From the NCBI GenBank assembly GCA_002633005.1, contig NMRA01000050.1:1049751-1113750 (forward strand): a stretch of 64,000 nt of DNA, in the 5' to 3' direction. The stretch comes from Phoronis australis (taxonomy: Eukaryota; Animalia; Phoronida). The stretch's first letter is position 1, and every line of letters begins with the position of its first letter. Below, in pieces: positions 11,426 to 25,593 of the stretch. The notes below the pieces were generated by a model, which saw only the letters and a program-made list of their open reading frames with translations, did no database searches and was not told the origin of the DNA. A program made the position numbers and the translations under genes.

Positions 11426-14237
11426 GTGCCTGCAAACAAAACGATAGTGATCTGCAGTCACTTGTTCTTAGCCAGGCTTGGAAGATTTCATACTAAGATG
11501 AGCTTTCTGGAATGTATTGGATACATAATGTCAAGCACAGGGCTTCAAGGAGTTCTTGAGACGGTGTATGCATCAAACAGTGTGATCCTTATGTTAAATG
11601 GAAAAAGTGTGGATAGAGCAAAGAGGGGGCATATATTGGTAGACTTAGCACTGAATGCTATCATAAAAGCCAGAACATTCAACATATTGACAGATCAAGC
11701 AACGCCAATCAAAAACCAATGAAGAAAGAAATTCAGGTTCTTCAGAAGTTCCAGGAGTCCGTAATGTCACCAACACAGAACACACGGATTACATGCCAAG
11801 AGGTGGAGATGAGTTCAATGCTTATACACAAACTTTGGCTCGTCAGAAGATGGAGACAGATTCTTCAGATATCTCAGACATCCCAACTGATCACATAACT
11901 AGACGTATACTATGGGACATGCCATGCCCAGCCAGTGTCTTCCGATTCTGAACCTTGGATTACAGTGGAATGCCCTCACGAGAGCTCACTTCTGGTTTCC
12001 AACCAACTGCCATTGGTATATTCAAACACGACTGAATCAGAGTATAGGTCTTCACAATTCACAGTGGCAGAGAATAGTTCGTCAGAAGAATCAATGGCCA
12101 ATGATATTCTTCATTACGATTTGAGAGCTGGTCTGAAGCACTATGATGATCTTATTGCTGGCAAGCACATTAATCAGACTTGTCCATGCAAAGTCGAATC
12201 ATTAGTCTTTGACTACAGTATATGAACATGATTGACATCCTTCGACTTTTAAAAGCAGAAATAACGTCAGATTGGGAGCTTCACCTAAAAGCAGTTTCTG
12301 AAGTGCTGCCTTACTTTGCAGCTGCTGGTCACAACTCTTGTGCAAAATCTTCATACGTGACTGAAGTAGATGTAGCAACTCAAAGACACCCGTCCAGACG
12401 TCTACGGCCAACAAACCATAAGACAAAGTGACAGATTCTGGGCAGGCTTGTCATAATGAGATATGATCTTGTAATTGAACAAATGCTCATGAAAAGTATT
12501 AAATCAACAGGAGTTTTAACTAGAGGTTGAGGAATGGGAGATACACAGAGGGCACTGTGGCTGCTTTCCTTGCCGGCATGCTCAAGTATAAATGGAGCCA
12601 TGCAGACTGTGACAAACTTGAGTTGTGAAACAAGTCAGCAGCATAAAGAATGTACCCAGCCGAGACAGTCGCGTGACGACAAAGACATCTGCAGCATTGT
12701 TGAATTCCTCTACAACAGAAACCCATTTTAAAGAGAAACATTACAGACCATCGCCACTGGTGTGACTGCAGGCACATGCGTCAGTGCGGAAAATGCCAGA
12801 GAAGTGGGGAAGGCGGTTCACTTGTCTATGGAGGGGTCAAGTGGGAAAGACTTCACATTCAGAAAGAAAGACAAGGTTGTGGCAATGATTAGTCAATCAG
12901 TTCATGCTGCTAATAGTAATTTTACACAAGTGGATCCACGACTGCTATTTCAGCGAAAAATGACTGCTGCAAAAGACAACAGTGAAAGTTCATCAAGCCT
13001 TTTGAAGTTTGAGCTGTGTGTTGGTTCCCCTGTTCCATTTGATACATCTGGTCTTCTCAGAGTCGCTAATAAATCAATATGGGCTGATGCACTCTGATCC
13101 AGCGGAGGAGTACCTGAGGATTTCATTTTCCAGAAAACACGGTGATGCATGTAATCGACGGCGGTTCTCTCCTTCACCGTATTCCATGGTCTAAAGGTGC
13201 AACGTTTCAGTCATTTGGTAGAGCTTATGTGGATTACATCAGCAAGTGCACCCAGCGTACTGTTGTTTTTGTTGGTTACTGAGATGGACCATCCACTAAA
13301 GATGTCTCCCATGATCGAAGACTGGGTGGGGTGGTTGGAACTGAAGTTCACTTCAATGGTGACATGGTGATCAAGTAAAAAAGGAACATTTTGGCAAAAA
13401 GCAAAAACAAACGGGTCACTCACTTCTTATCAAGTTTGCTAGGAAATGCTGGTTGCACAGTGGTACAAACTCAAGGTGACACAGATGTTTTAATTGTAGA
13501 AACAGCACTAGAGAACGCAGTACAAGGTCCAACTACCCTTATTGCAGACGATAGACTTGTTGGTTCTTTTGCGTTACCATGATACACCAAAGCAAGAGGA
13601 GAGTCTGGGACATCAAGGAACTACAGTTGTCTCTTGGTGTCGAAACTTGCGCAGTTTTGCCATTGCGCATGCAATAGGTGGTTGCAACACAACATTGCAG
13701 CTGTTCGGTATTAGCAAAGGCTCTCCCATTCAAGAAACTGCGTGATCGAGTATTCTGCAAAAACTCTAGTAAGAATATTCGCTAGACACATGCAGCTGAA
13801 GCAAGACATATTTGAACCTGATAAGAATTGTATCTGTGCTTCATGGCCGTACTGGCTCTGGAAATTTGGATGATTTGCGATACAGGCAATTTGTGGATGA
13901 GGTGTCAGACTAGCCACAGTCCAAATACAGTCATTATCACCAACTTTCTTCAGTAGTTAAATTCCATGCTGCCGGGACATATTATCAAGAGCAAGAGCGG
14001 TCAAGTTTCCGTGGTAGTGGCCTAGATTCGCTGTATTGGGGATGGATGATGGCAGCTGGAAAATTCATTCCCACGGCGACAGACCATTCAGCAGCACCAG
14101 AGAACCTGCTGAAAGTAGTGAGATGCTCGGGTAAGACCAACTGCAGTTCCAAGAGATGTTCTTGCAGGAAGTTAGGATAGCCGTACTCGGTTGCATGTGG
14201 AGAATGCCGTGGTTTTATCTGCAGCAATTCAATGTAA
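11426..14237 (+). pseudogene. Academ transposase / XPG-like nuclease / Cys-finger pseudogene
   Basis: A chain of ORF fragments (11426, 12222, 12534, 12762, 13391, 13542 and others) in the expected motif order, broken by stops and frameshifts. Confidence 0.8.
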
Positions 14238-16069
14238 TTCTGAGTTGACAGAGATTAGTTGTGTAAATACTGGTTGATTGTGTGTAGATTCACTAGCATA
14301 ATTTACAACTTACTGGAAGTGACACAGACAGTGTGGATAGTAGATCACTGAATTAATTGCATAGAGTTATTTTCACTACATCACATTTTTTCAGGAGGAG
14401 AATGATCCTTCAGTTCAGTCAAACCCGAGGTTTTTGACCCAAATAAGTTATTCGTTAAACCATCTTGAAATGGTGGTCGTAATCATCACGAGCCAGACAA
14501 AAATTATTGTAATGGATGTGCTGGCTTAAAAACCCAGGATATGGGAGGTCTTTGGAATCTGAAGTTCTTACACGAAGCAATTATTTGGTGGCCATCTTAG
14601 AAAATGGTGGAAGTAATCATTAGAGCCAAACGCAATGAGTCTAAATGGATTAGTCGACCCAGAAAACCTGTGATACTTGAAGCAAGACGACACACTAATC
14701 TGTTTGTGCAAAGTTGTGCGATTCGAAATAGTTTTGAAGGCCATCTTGGAAAATGGCCGATGATGTCACCACGGCCATGCAAAACTTTTCCAATGGATTT
14801 GTTGACCCACAAAAGATAGGTAAACATTTTTGAATTTTTACTCTATCACATTTCACTCTCGAGTTATAATTATCATCTGCAAATCTGGCGGCCATTTTGT
14901 CCGCCATCTTGGAAATGGTGGAAGTAATCATTAGTGCCAAATGCAATGAATCTCAATGTATTAGTCGACCCAGAAAACCTATGATGCGATGTTTGAAGCA
15001 AGACGACACACTAATCTGTTCGTGTGAAGCTGTGCGACTAAAGTAGATTTGGCGGCCTTCTTGGAAAATGGCGGACGGTGTCACCACAGCCATGTAAAAC
15101 CATTTCCAATGGATTTGTTGACCCACAAAACATACATAAACCTTTTTGAATTTTTACTGTATCACATTCTTTTTTTGAGTTATAGTGCGCATCAGAAAAT
15201 CTGGCGGCCATTTTGTCCGCCATCTTGAAAAACCAACTTCCTCCACTCCGATTCCGGTAGACTTTTTTTCCACTAAAGGGTGTGAAAGGATACGATTTAT
15301 GCAATAAAACCTTCTGTTGCAATTTTTTCCGGGTTATCCGTAGAATGACTGGACTAAGATGACACTATAGACCGATCACAGTATTCCGTTTTCATGCGCC
15401 CATGATCTTAATATTGGCGCTATGTTCAAACCATTGTTTTTGTTTTTCCTAAAATTAATTTGGTTCTGTTGCTGTACCAACATATTAAGAAATTATACAG
15501 AAATAAACAAAAATTATCTGTGGTAAAGTGCAATATACAGCGTGATAAGTGATGGTCAAGAGCAATATCGGATGACCGCAAATGCGTGCTGCTTTATGAG
15601 TATTCCACGGCATGAAAACACTGGAGGTCATAAAACATTCAGCGTTGTATTCTGATTTTTATGCAATTTTACTGTAAAATTTTAAATTTCGTGCTTGTTT
15701 TGATGCATAATGTACTGTATAAAAAGTCTCATATCTAAAGTTGGAAATTATCCTTGCGCGATATCACTTAACGTTTGATATTACCACGCCGTCATAATTC
15801 AACATAAAGTTTTAGGCTAGCATAATGTCACGCACTTCGTATTTGTAAGTTGATTCGATTTTACTTCCTTTCAATAGTTGAACTAAAGTTGATAAACCGG
15901 AGTTGCCACTGGTGAACGTACAGCGAACAGTTAAATGTTTGTTTGGCCAAAGTTCATCCGCTAAGTCATAATATGGTTTTTGACGACCAAGGACACGTTT
16001 ATTCCGAATTGGTCGTCTACGCTAGGCTACCACTAAGCTGACCCAAGTGCCAACCACAGAGGCGACTCA

Positions 16070-16190
16070 GCAGACGGTTCATAGCCGAGCTTTGTTGGTC
16101 GGCTGCTGGTCGGCTAGACGACCGGTCGACGGCCGGTCATCGACCAATTTCCGACCGGTCGGACAAAAATTCGTGATGTGTGCTGTACCT
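16070..16190. mobile_element. GC-rich GTCGG/CCGAC palindromic cluster, possibly the end of a non-autonomous Harbinger-like element
   Basis: Repeated GTCGG/CCGAC motifs ending in GATGTGTGCTGTACCT; the partner end was not found. Confidence 0.3.
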
Positions 16191-19100
16191 ATCAGTAAAT
16201 GCTCTAAGCGTGTGTACGACTAACTGAATATTCACAAACGTCACACTTAGTGACTTACTTATCCATCGAAAGCCTGGTAAATCTTTCATGACTTTCAACA
16301 TTCAGCCTTGCCCTCAATGTTGTCTACCTATCAAACGGATTGCTTGTTGATAATGCTGCTTTTTGTACTGGCTAACTCGTCTTTTTTCAGAATCTATTAG
16401 GGCAGGAAAACCGTGTTTTGCCTCCAGACGTACAAAGGACCTACTTTAATAGACTTTGTCACTTGCATTTCGGTTGACCTCTGCAGCAGTGCATGTGTTG
16501 CTGTAATGTTTACATGTATTAAAACGATCGATCTTGTTATTCTTTGTAAACGTTCCATTCGTTTGTAGTATTAACAAAGATTTTTTAAATTTTTTACACG
16601 TGTTCAAAGTTACTATTTTTCAATTTTATGTCTTACCAAAAAACGGCTAAAATGGCATTAAGAGGTTTTTCATCTATAACTCGGACCCTATTTCTTTAAA
16701 CATCGAACAAAATATTTGTTTAAAATCTTAAGTTCAAGTGCAAGCTCATCTTGTGCTAGGCAAACAATTAGCTCCGGTAGGGTTGTATCCAAGTCAATTT
16801 AATGCATTGAAATCACCGTATTTATACATATTCAGATATTTAAGTTAGGCCTACCATTTGATAACTTCGCATTTTTGTAGTTTCATTGTATAAAGGTCCC
16901 ATTCAGTTGATTTTAAACGTAGCAATATCACTAAGCTGTGGTATGGTTACATAAATGGCAAGTGTGGTGCAGTGGCAAAAACGGCTATTTACAAAATAAC
17001 TCAAATTCCTTATTAAAGCTTAATCAATCTAAATATCATGTTTGAAAAACTTCGAAGTTACCGCTATCTGTCTCTCTCTCTCCCTCTAACTGCACAGTGG
17101 TGAATACTAGAAGTTTTCATCAAAAATTAATGAATTGTTTTTGTCGTGACAACAGCTCGAACAAGGCTTTGAGTTCAGTGCCCTTCCCTGTGCCGATCGA
17201 ATTTCTCAATTTTGGAGTGAATTTCAGTTGAAAGCCAGCCTACGAGTATACGAATAATGAAAATTGTACCTCCTATAAGAAACAAAACGATATCCATTAG
17301 GGGAAAATTAATAAAAAATAATAAACTGTCCTTAAAAACACCTTCCGGAGACTACAGTTAGAGTAGCACTGAGATCCACCAGGTGTGAAGCGAAGGCTGC
17401 AGGACGAGTGAGATCCGGAGTCAAAATCAGAAAGGCCTGCACTATAGCCAGCTAACCGAAAAGTGCGTATCGTGTAACAAATACATTTCTGTTTGACTTT
17501 GGAGTAATAAAGCAACATTGTCAACTTCAGCTACTCTTGTGGCCGTTCACTCTTTCTGATTTACATAGTTTACATTTTCGCATCACTTTTCGTCTTAGGA
17601 TATGCCCACAAATCATGGAATGCTCTTCTCGAGCTGAATAACAAATGTCGAAATTACACACACCCAACCAACGTAGTTTCACAATTCTTATTGCACAATT
17701 TCTTGAGGTATTGACTTAAATAAGTTGTACACGACTACATGGTCTTTGGTGGGTAAAATGGCGGCTTGGGAACGCAGACGAAGGTGTGTCAAAAGTGCTG
17801 TGTTCTCATTGTCACTTAAGCCGCCAGTCATAAACCTGGCTATAGGTCACTTGGGTCAAGGGAACCAAGCTTCCAGCCAAAGGTCATTAAATGCAAATTT
17901 TAGCTAGACGTTTCGTAATCACGCATAGGATTTCCATTAGCAAGGGAAGTTCTGTCACAAACTTTGGGAAAATTAAGTGCAGTTTTCAGTTGAATTTTAT
18001 ACTTCTTCTATTAGTTTTCATATTCATGGTTGATCAAGTAATTGCCAATCAAATTCTATTGATATGGGTATGAATCAAAGTACTCTATAGGACCACAATA
18101 GGGTTCAAATCTAATAAAAATTTCAACTGCCTCTTCTGTCATTTTTGAGATTGGCTCATCAAATTTTGAAAACACCTTGGGTAAATTGGCCTACTTATAA
18201 GTGTAGTCTACCGTACGTGCTCGTTCAAAAGTTTTGTAAAACAATTCACTTGTTTAAAAACCCATTGTATTCGTTAAGGTTTTATATAGAATTGATGATT
18301 TATTGGTGTAAAACGATGAATTCAAGCGATAAGCTGACACCAGTAAGCTATTTGGAACAACTGAGCCGGAATTTGTGACGTCATTGGTACATTTCAGCCC
18401 TTCCGTACACCGTCTGGTGTCAGGTGAAAGAACCAAACTTGCTGTTATCGAGTGGAACTTGTCGATCTAAATCCATACAAAATACGTTTTTTGGTTTTAA
18501 TTCTCCTTTAAAAGACGTGGCACAAACTTGTGAGATTGCGGTGTTAACCATCATATAATGTACAGATTTGGAAGTTGATGTCTGCCTTAGCTATTTATTT
18601 CTTGTTTGATGTTGACCTGATAATTCATACATGCAACTTTACTAAAGGTAAAAACAAGAAACAGTTCAGTTTTCATTGAAAAGTGCAACTCAGGTGCAAG
18701 TTCAAATCATCCTGAACTCCAATTCGGAGAGGATTCCATTCTGTAAGCATTTGAGGCCTTTGATTAACACGATGAGTTTAATATTTAGGACTGTGTTTCT
18801 CGCACGTTTAAGGACGCTGTACACACAGAGGATGTGTGCATAGCCTGGTTTAAAGTCTGGTTAGTGACGTTGCATTTGGTTCACCCACGAGAGAACGTGT
18901 ACATAAGCTGGTTCAAAGTCATTTAAGCGATGTTGCACATACTACATGTACACGCTTCTCCTACACCAGAATATGTGCATAACCTGGTTTAATGTAAATT
19001 TAGCGCTTTAGTACGTACATGCATGGTTGTCCCACAAAAGAACGTTTACATAGCCTACATGTTGTTGCTTGGGGTTCACGTAGCCACTGCATTAAAACTT

Positions 19101-20306
19101 GAATCGGCGTCGTTTGTAACAAAAACATATCACAATGCAAGTCATCTACATGTAACTGTTTGCTTGACATGTTTGTTTAATCCTTTTGCCGGGTCGATTA
19201 CTATTGAACCTGTAATGTATTTTTACAACTAAATATAGAAATATGCAGAGTCAACCTTTAAAGCACCGGCCCTGGTTCACTGTATTTTTAGGAACAAACG
19301 TGCGCTTTTCATCTGGTATTTGATTCCTTCTGTTATACACTTTCATACCATCAATGTGCAAAATCACAAAAGAATTGACTAATTAAACGCACTACATGTA
19401 CATGTAGAAAACGTCTTTGCCACTGTTACAAATAGCTCGTATATTGATCCCAATAATGTACATAATACTCTTGAAGTAATGTAATGTGTACAGTAATACA
19501 AGCTGTCGATAGATGCCAGCTAAGACAGGTAACGAGATAAACAAAAGTAACTAGACGTTTAAATTTTGATTGTTTCGATGGAACCAACATCATTTTCCGA
19601 AACAAAATGAGGTTATTTAATAAGTCCAGAACAGTGTGATAGTGACGTATATAGAACATCATTTCAATACATCAATGCCTATTCACCAGACTAGTTGCAA
19701 CCCACGGCTACGTCAATTGCTTGCTTGAACAAGCCTTGAACCATCTCTGTATAGTGACTCACGGATTGCTCCAATGTTGCCTCCCTGTCTTTAACAATTC
19801 CAAAACATTTATTGGACGTTCTTTCAAAATTACATGTACAGTGTAAAGTGGTTTGCTGCTCATGAATGTGATAAATATTCTCAGTACCAATTGTTCTTTT
19901 TCTAATTAAGGAAACTTCAGGTACATACTCCCCAAAAGGACCCGTACGCGTAATGCCCGTCAGGTAGGTGTAAACACTGATTATTTACCGTGAAAGTTTT
20001 TTTGCGTTTAACCCTCGATCAGTAAAATCCTTGCTCTTATGAACAGGATGTAGACATTGGCAACAAATTGGGGTTGAGGAAAATACAGGGGGATTGAATT
20101 GTGGTCAAAGGACGGAATCTGAAATTTGGGTCCTAGTCCTCCACTATTGTTACCTTTGTGTAGGTCCCTTGATCGCCAAAAGGCCCCAGCATCTCCAATG
20201 GTAACCTATGTGACGTCGATGTGTTTTACAATGGTAAATCGAAAGCTGGAAAGAAATAGTCCCATTGATCAAAGTTGCAGTAGAAGCAAAGGTACTGTTA
20301 AAGAAG

Positions 20307-20372
20307 ATGGCATCAAAAAAGGCAGTTTGTAATTCTGAAGGTTACCTCCTCAGAGGAGAAGAAAAGGAAAAG
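20307..20372 (+). CDS. ANK-protease exon 1, putative start ([22 protein letters not shown])
   Basis: AAGATGG start context, in-frame upstream stop, phase-0 donor AAG|GTAGG compatible with the next exon. Confidence 0.5.
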
Positions 20373-23300
20373 GTAGGAACACATGTATTTATCTCTTTAT
20401 AGTATTGTGCATTCGTTAATTTGTCAGTCGCAGTTCGTTTATTTGACCTTGAATACCTACATCACAATGCTGTTTACATATACATGTACATGTAAGTCTG
20501 TATTTCCATTAACAGCAAGATATCAAAAACATCACCAACTACATACACTTCAGAGATTGTCATTGGCCAACCCCAAATTAGCGAAATCGAAAATAATGAC
20601 GTTTATATGTGATTTGATTCGATAAATGAAACATAGTCATTTTGATGTAAACAATTTTAGGGGATTGATTTTATGAGAGTAAGTATGCCTCATTCATATA
20701 TTTATCCTAAACAAGACGAATGTCACATCATAACTGCAGTATGGAGATTTTGAGATTCAACACACTTCGTGGAAGACCCCACGATGCAACATTGCAACAC
20801 AACCTTTGATAATCTGTAATTAACCCCCCCAATTGTTTTTCGCTCTTGCTATTGATTGTGTACACNTTCAAGATATCTACAACCATGTTGTATGCTGTAC
20901 TGTGACCAAAAGGCAAAGAAATTCTCTACATAATCCAGGTAAATTTATTACTTGAATGTTAGGAATTGAACTCATTAAATAGCATATATTATTTACTGGG
21001 GTAAACCTTTTGTAGCATAAGTGTGCTTGTCCTGAAAATCCAAGTTTCATAATTGCAACATTGTGCCAACACTTGTGTTTAAGCTTCATTCTGACCTTAG
21101 GTAGGGTATATGCTCAGTTTTTATCAAATATGCAGTAGTCTGTTTGTTTCTTTTAAGCAGTATGTTTGTTCTTGTAAACAGTGTGTAAACTTAACTCGTT
21201 ATTTTTGTGTAACCAGGTGCTTCGTCCGTTGTATCACATTCCACATCATGATCGTATAGGATCTTAACCAGAGTGTTTATGAATTCTTGGTATTGTTTAT
21301 TACTCTTAATTTCTTAAGACTTCTACTCTGAAACACACAAAATGTAGTACCAACATTGAATGGGCTAATTGATTTCTTGGTTGATATTTACATTCATAAC
21401 GACAAGGATAATGCTCCAGTCGGGTGACTTGTAACATGTCTTAAATGGAAATGAGGGTGACTTAGTAAAAAACGAAACAAATATGCAAAAGACTTAGTAA
21501 CCTTAGCTGAAGTCCTATCTGGGACTGCTTCATGCAAGCGGGCACAGGATGTACTTGACAGAGGGTCATGTCTGCCTCTGCCAAGTTGGTGTTCACTCAC
21601 TCTTCTAAACTTTCGGGACCATTAAACCCTGTCACTTTCATGTCGTTCTGTCGGTGTTAGGATATAAAAAGCAGGCCCACTTTGCAAGGTTCACCTTTTT
21701 AAGGTATCAGTCAATTTTGATGAAGGATCTATTCAAAAATTCTACCCGAATTACAAACTCAGTTCATAAACCAGTCGGCAAAAACTTTTCGTTTGTCCTT
21801 AGAAACAAAGTGTGCTGCCACCATTTGTGCAGGACCTGCTGAAGGGTATCCTTTTACTTGAATTTTCTCTTCGCACGTGCTTTATTTGCAATAATTTAAA
21901 TGTCCGGTTTGAAGGGGCGATATATTTACTATATTAAACGTCGTATGCGTAGAAAGTTGTAGACGTACCACTGGGTCAAATGCATCAGGTTTGTATGTTG
22001 CAAACGTCTCAAACTCTTTTATATACAACGTTAAACGTCCTTGTGATTGGGTTTAAACCTTGAGGGGTCTTCAGTGTAATAAATCTACCCCTGCTTGGCC
22101 ATGTACAGCTGCATGTTACGTTTTGTTGACATCAAAATCAAAATAAAGAAGCACCCGAGTAAGATCGATAAAGTTAATACACATAGATTACTACATGGTG
22201 AAGTCATTATCCCCGTTATCTAGAGCCCGAGTGGATTTTGAAGAATTATCGCCCGAGGGGTGTTAATAATACGGGATTATGACTGAGAAGACGTAATAAT
22301 CTATTTATACCACACACTAAACGAGAAGCATTGCAATGAATCGATTTACCTTTCTCGACTCGCCTTGGCTTTGTAACTACTTTTCTATATCAGAGGCCCG
22401 GTGTCAGGGGTCGTGACCTTTTAAGAAAAGCCAAGGAATTTTTGTCAACTAATGCCTTTATTCAGAACCAATTGAAAATTTAAACAAAATAGAAATAAAG
22501 TGAATTCATAAATTAAGGTTTGCCAACTATTATAGCTTAAAACACATTTTATCACCTTAAGCTCCGACCGGGAAACTATCGTCTGCTAAAGTAGGTTACC
22601 ACTGGTAACTGAGTAGAATTCTCAAGTCAAAAGATCCCGACGACACGATACCCGAATTCAAATTGTAGATCAGTGATTTACAAGAGAGAACATGAGAGAC
22701 AAATTTCATTGAATTAAAATATCGTTTTTATGGAAATTGTGCCTATTATTTTTCATAGCGTATAAATTCAGTATGATGCCCTTTGTTTAACATGGGATTA
22801 TTTCGTGTGCTCATTTAAGCATTCTATTTTCACGCTCGGTGAGTGGTGTAGTGGTAAAGTCGGCAACCCGATACTCTTGAGGCCCTGGTTCAAAACCGGC
22901 CGCGGTTTCCCTCCAAAATGTTATCTGACTAGTGAGATATTTTTATGGGTTACACGATTGCACCTGCCATTCGAGGCTAATATTGTGGTGTAAAGGTAGT
23001 TATTCACTGCCCGAACACGTGCATGTACATTATGTGCCACTATAGCTTAGGCAGTGTATTTATACTGTTTCAAGCGTGTAAGCTGTCTTACCCGTCGGTG
23101 ACCAGTATTTCGTATATTCAGCAAGTCGTACAAGAAAACATTTACATGTCCATCCAATTGCTCTTTTTAAACGGACAAAAAGCCCGTTTTGAATCTTTTG
23201 CTTGTAATTGTGAGTCAAACTAAACACACATGTAATTGTATGTCTGCTTTAATTTTTTTCAAAGTAGTGAAATGGCTTTGTTCATTACCATGTAGTAAAA

Positions 23301-25554
23301 ATTGAGCATTCATGAATAGACTTTTCGGAGCGTAGCCATCCATAGGCGTACATGTATACACAAGTAGACAGCTACATTTTTGTCCTTTGATTATTACAGC
23401 AGCTTAAATATGAGATCACTATTTGCAATCAAACTTTACTAATATCACGTTTCTACAAATGTAGGATATTGGAAAGAAGAAAACGTTCTTTCAGTCAAGT
23501 CTCTTACTTGAAAGATAGACGTTTTGTTGGGATTCAAATCTGAAAAGGATGCACAGAGAATCTTGTCGAAAAAGTATCAATTTAAAGGGGTTTTGTTATA
23601 AAGGGCACCACTTTCGTAAGAAAATTATTTTGAGAAGGTCGCATATCTAAGCGACACATCCTTTTACGCACCCATTAGCAAGTACAGTTTACTTTTTCGA
23701 ATAACAGGTGGCGCTACATGCTGGTATATTTTTGTGTTCGTTCACTCCAGTTACTGTAAAATTTATGATTTGATAACACGCTCGTTCTATGGCAGATATA
23801 ACGAATTATATTTTGCAGTCCACAACAAAGCTTCGCGCTAAGTAGCTTCAACCAAAAGCTCCAAAAAAATGGTCCGTATTGAAACTTGATTAATCTACTT
23901 TACTTAAGCGTATCAGGATTGCCGGTCTAGTGCTCTTACCACTGAGCAACTGAGGAACCCATATCAGTGAAATTACTATTTACAGCAAATAGTTAAGTCA
24001 TGCATCCCATGAGCGGCATTTCGCCTTTTTCAAACGGCATTTAGACAATTATTTGTACAATCAGAAATGTACCAGTATTCGTTAATTAGAAATAATAAAT
24101 ATATATATAGACATTTGGATTAAGACTGAGAGGTCACTTAGACAGGCCAATTATTGCAACTGGAATTTCCATAAATTAAGTGTCAGTAAATTTGCTCTGA
24201 AACACACTATTATAGCTAGGAAATTGCATAATTTGTTCGGGGAAACAGCGGCTACCCGGCACCCTGATAGCTTATATCACAATCTCGGCTCCCACAAATA
24301 TCATGTAGCCCGCCCTCACCCCAGCCCCAGTCAGTACCTGCTGATGAATAACTGAATATGTCTTGAAACATTATAGTTTAGACTATTACTAGGCAAGGAA
24401 ACTGTTACAGTGTTCATATTTAGGCCTAAAGAGCTTACTGTCTATACTAAGCAGTTTACATATATCAACTTCACAACCGACCGAAACGTCGTGAAAATGT
24501 ACATGGACAAGAGGTCGGTGTAAATAGACCAAGATATTTTAATGATAGTTGTAGTTCACGTGGTCTTCATTATCAATACCCAGCGGCACCTCTGAATTCT
24601 TGGAATTTTTTTATTATCTAAGGACCTCTTTGTAAAGATGGCAGCTTAATGTGTTTAGATATCTTAGTACGAAAACTCTAACGTACAGTAATAAAGAGTT
24701 AAAGCCCGGTAACCGCTAGAACACATTACATGAGCGTCAAACTATGTTTAATGTATAACAGTACATGTATGTGCTTAAAGACATATCACACATACGATTA
24801 TATTTACATGCCCCAATGGAACAAGAATTTCAATGAAATGTACAACAATATGAATTTTAAAGTTAGTGCACATGTACGATAGTCCAATAAAATGCATGTA
24901 ACATGTCTATAATGACGTACAGTGGTTGCATAGTACATACGGATATGAGGTACAAAAGAGATATTTTCTCACTTCAGAAGTAAGTGTCACTTTAAGTAAC
25001 AATTGTTTTGAAATTGAAATATAGCGACGTGTTCGAGAATTTAGAGTAAGCGTAGTGAATATCAGGGTGTTCTTCAATGTCTGGACAAGCTCTGATATTC
25101 CTTTGCTGTGCAGTCAGCAAAGGAACAGAAACTGCCAGGGTAGCAAAACGATGACAACTAATTTTACTAAAAGTGTGTCTGTTAAAAAACGATCTGTATC
25201 TTGACTGGTATCAGCTAACGTCATAATTGTAGGGAATTTTAAATAATGTTTATCGGGCACTGGCAAGTCTCATGCAATAGTGTGATTTCTTTATGATAGT
25301 AAATGTTCATGTACATGTACATCTTGAGATGCGTAATCCATGTTGATTTGTTATTATATTCAGGTGCTGAAAGCCGTGAACGATGGCGACTGCACACATC
25401 TTCAAAAACTTATATGCGGTGGATGGAACATAAACCAACAACTGACCGTACGGGTAAGTACGCAATTATGAACACTCCACTGAACTGAAGTGAACTTTGA
25501 AAAGACCCAAAAAGGTGAAAAACAAAAATATTCATAACCTAATGTTAAATATTT

Positions 25555-25593
<39 letters not shown>

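Larger units (their letters stand above)
8562..15356 (+). mobile_element. Decayed Academ (AcademX-type) DNA transposon with an internal duplication
   Basis: TIRs TAGTCCAGTCATTCTA (8562) and TAGAATGACTGGACTA (15341-15356), followed by further matching inverted sequence. Fragmented ORFs carry LGRFHTKMSFL..IGYIM..TGL..VLE.VYA, DWELHLKAVSEVLPYFAAAGHN, DLVIEQMLMKSIKSTG, XPG/FEN-like VIDGGSLLHRIPW, DTDVLIV and HAIGGCNTT, and a C-terminal Cys-rich finger (RCSGKTNCSSKRCSCRK...ACGECRG..CSN). No matching TSD. Confidence 0.8.

Noticed and set aside
22834-22912. Functional tRNA gene
   Set aside because: A and B boxes are present, but the acceptor and anticodon stems do not pair convincingly; kept as a SINE-like head.
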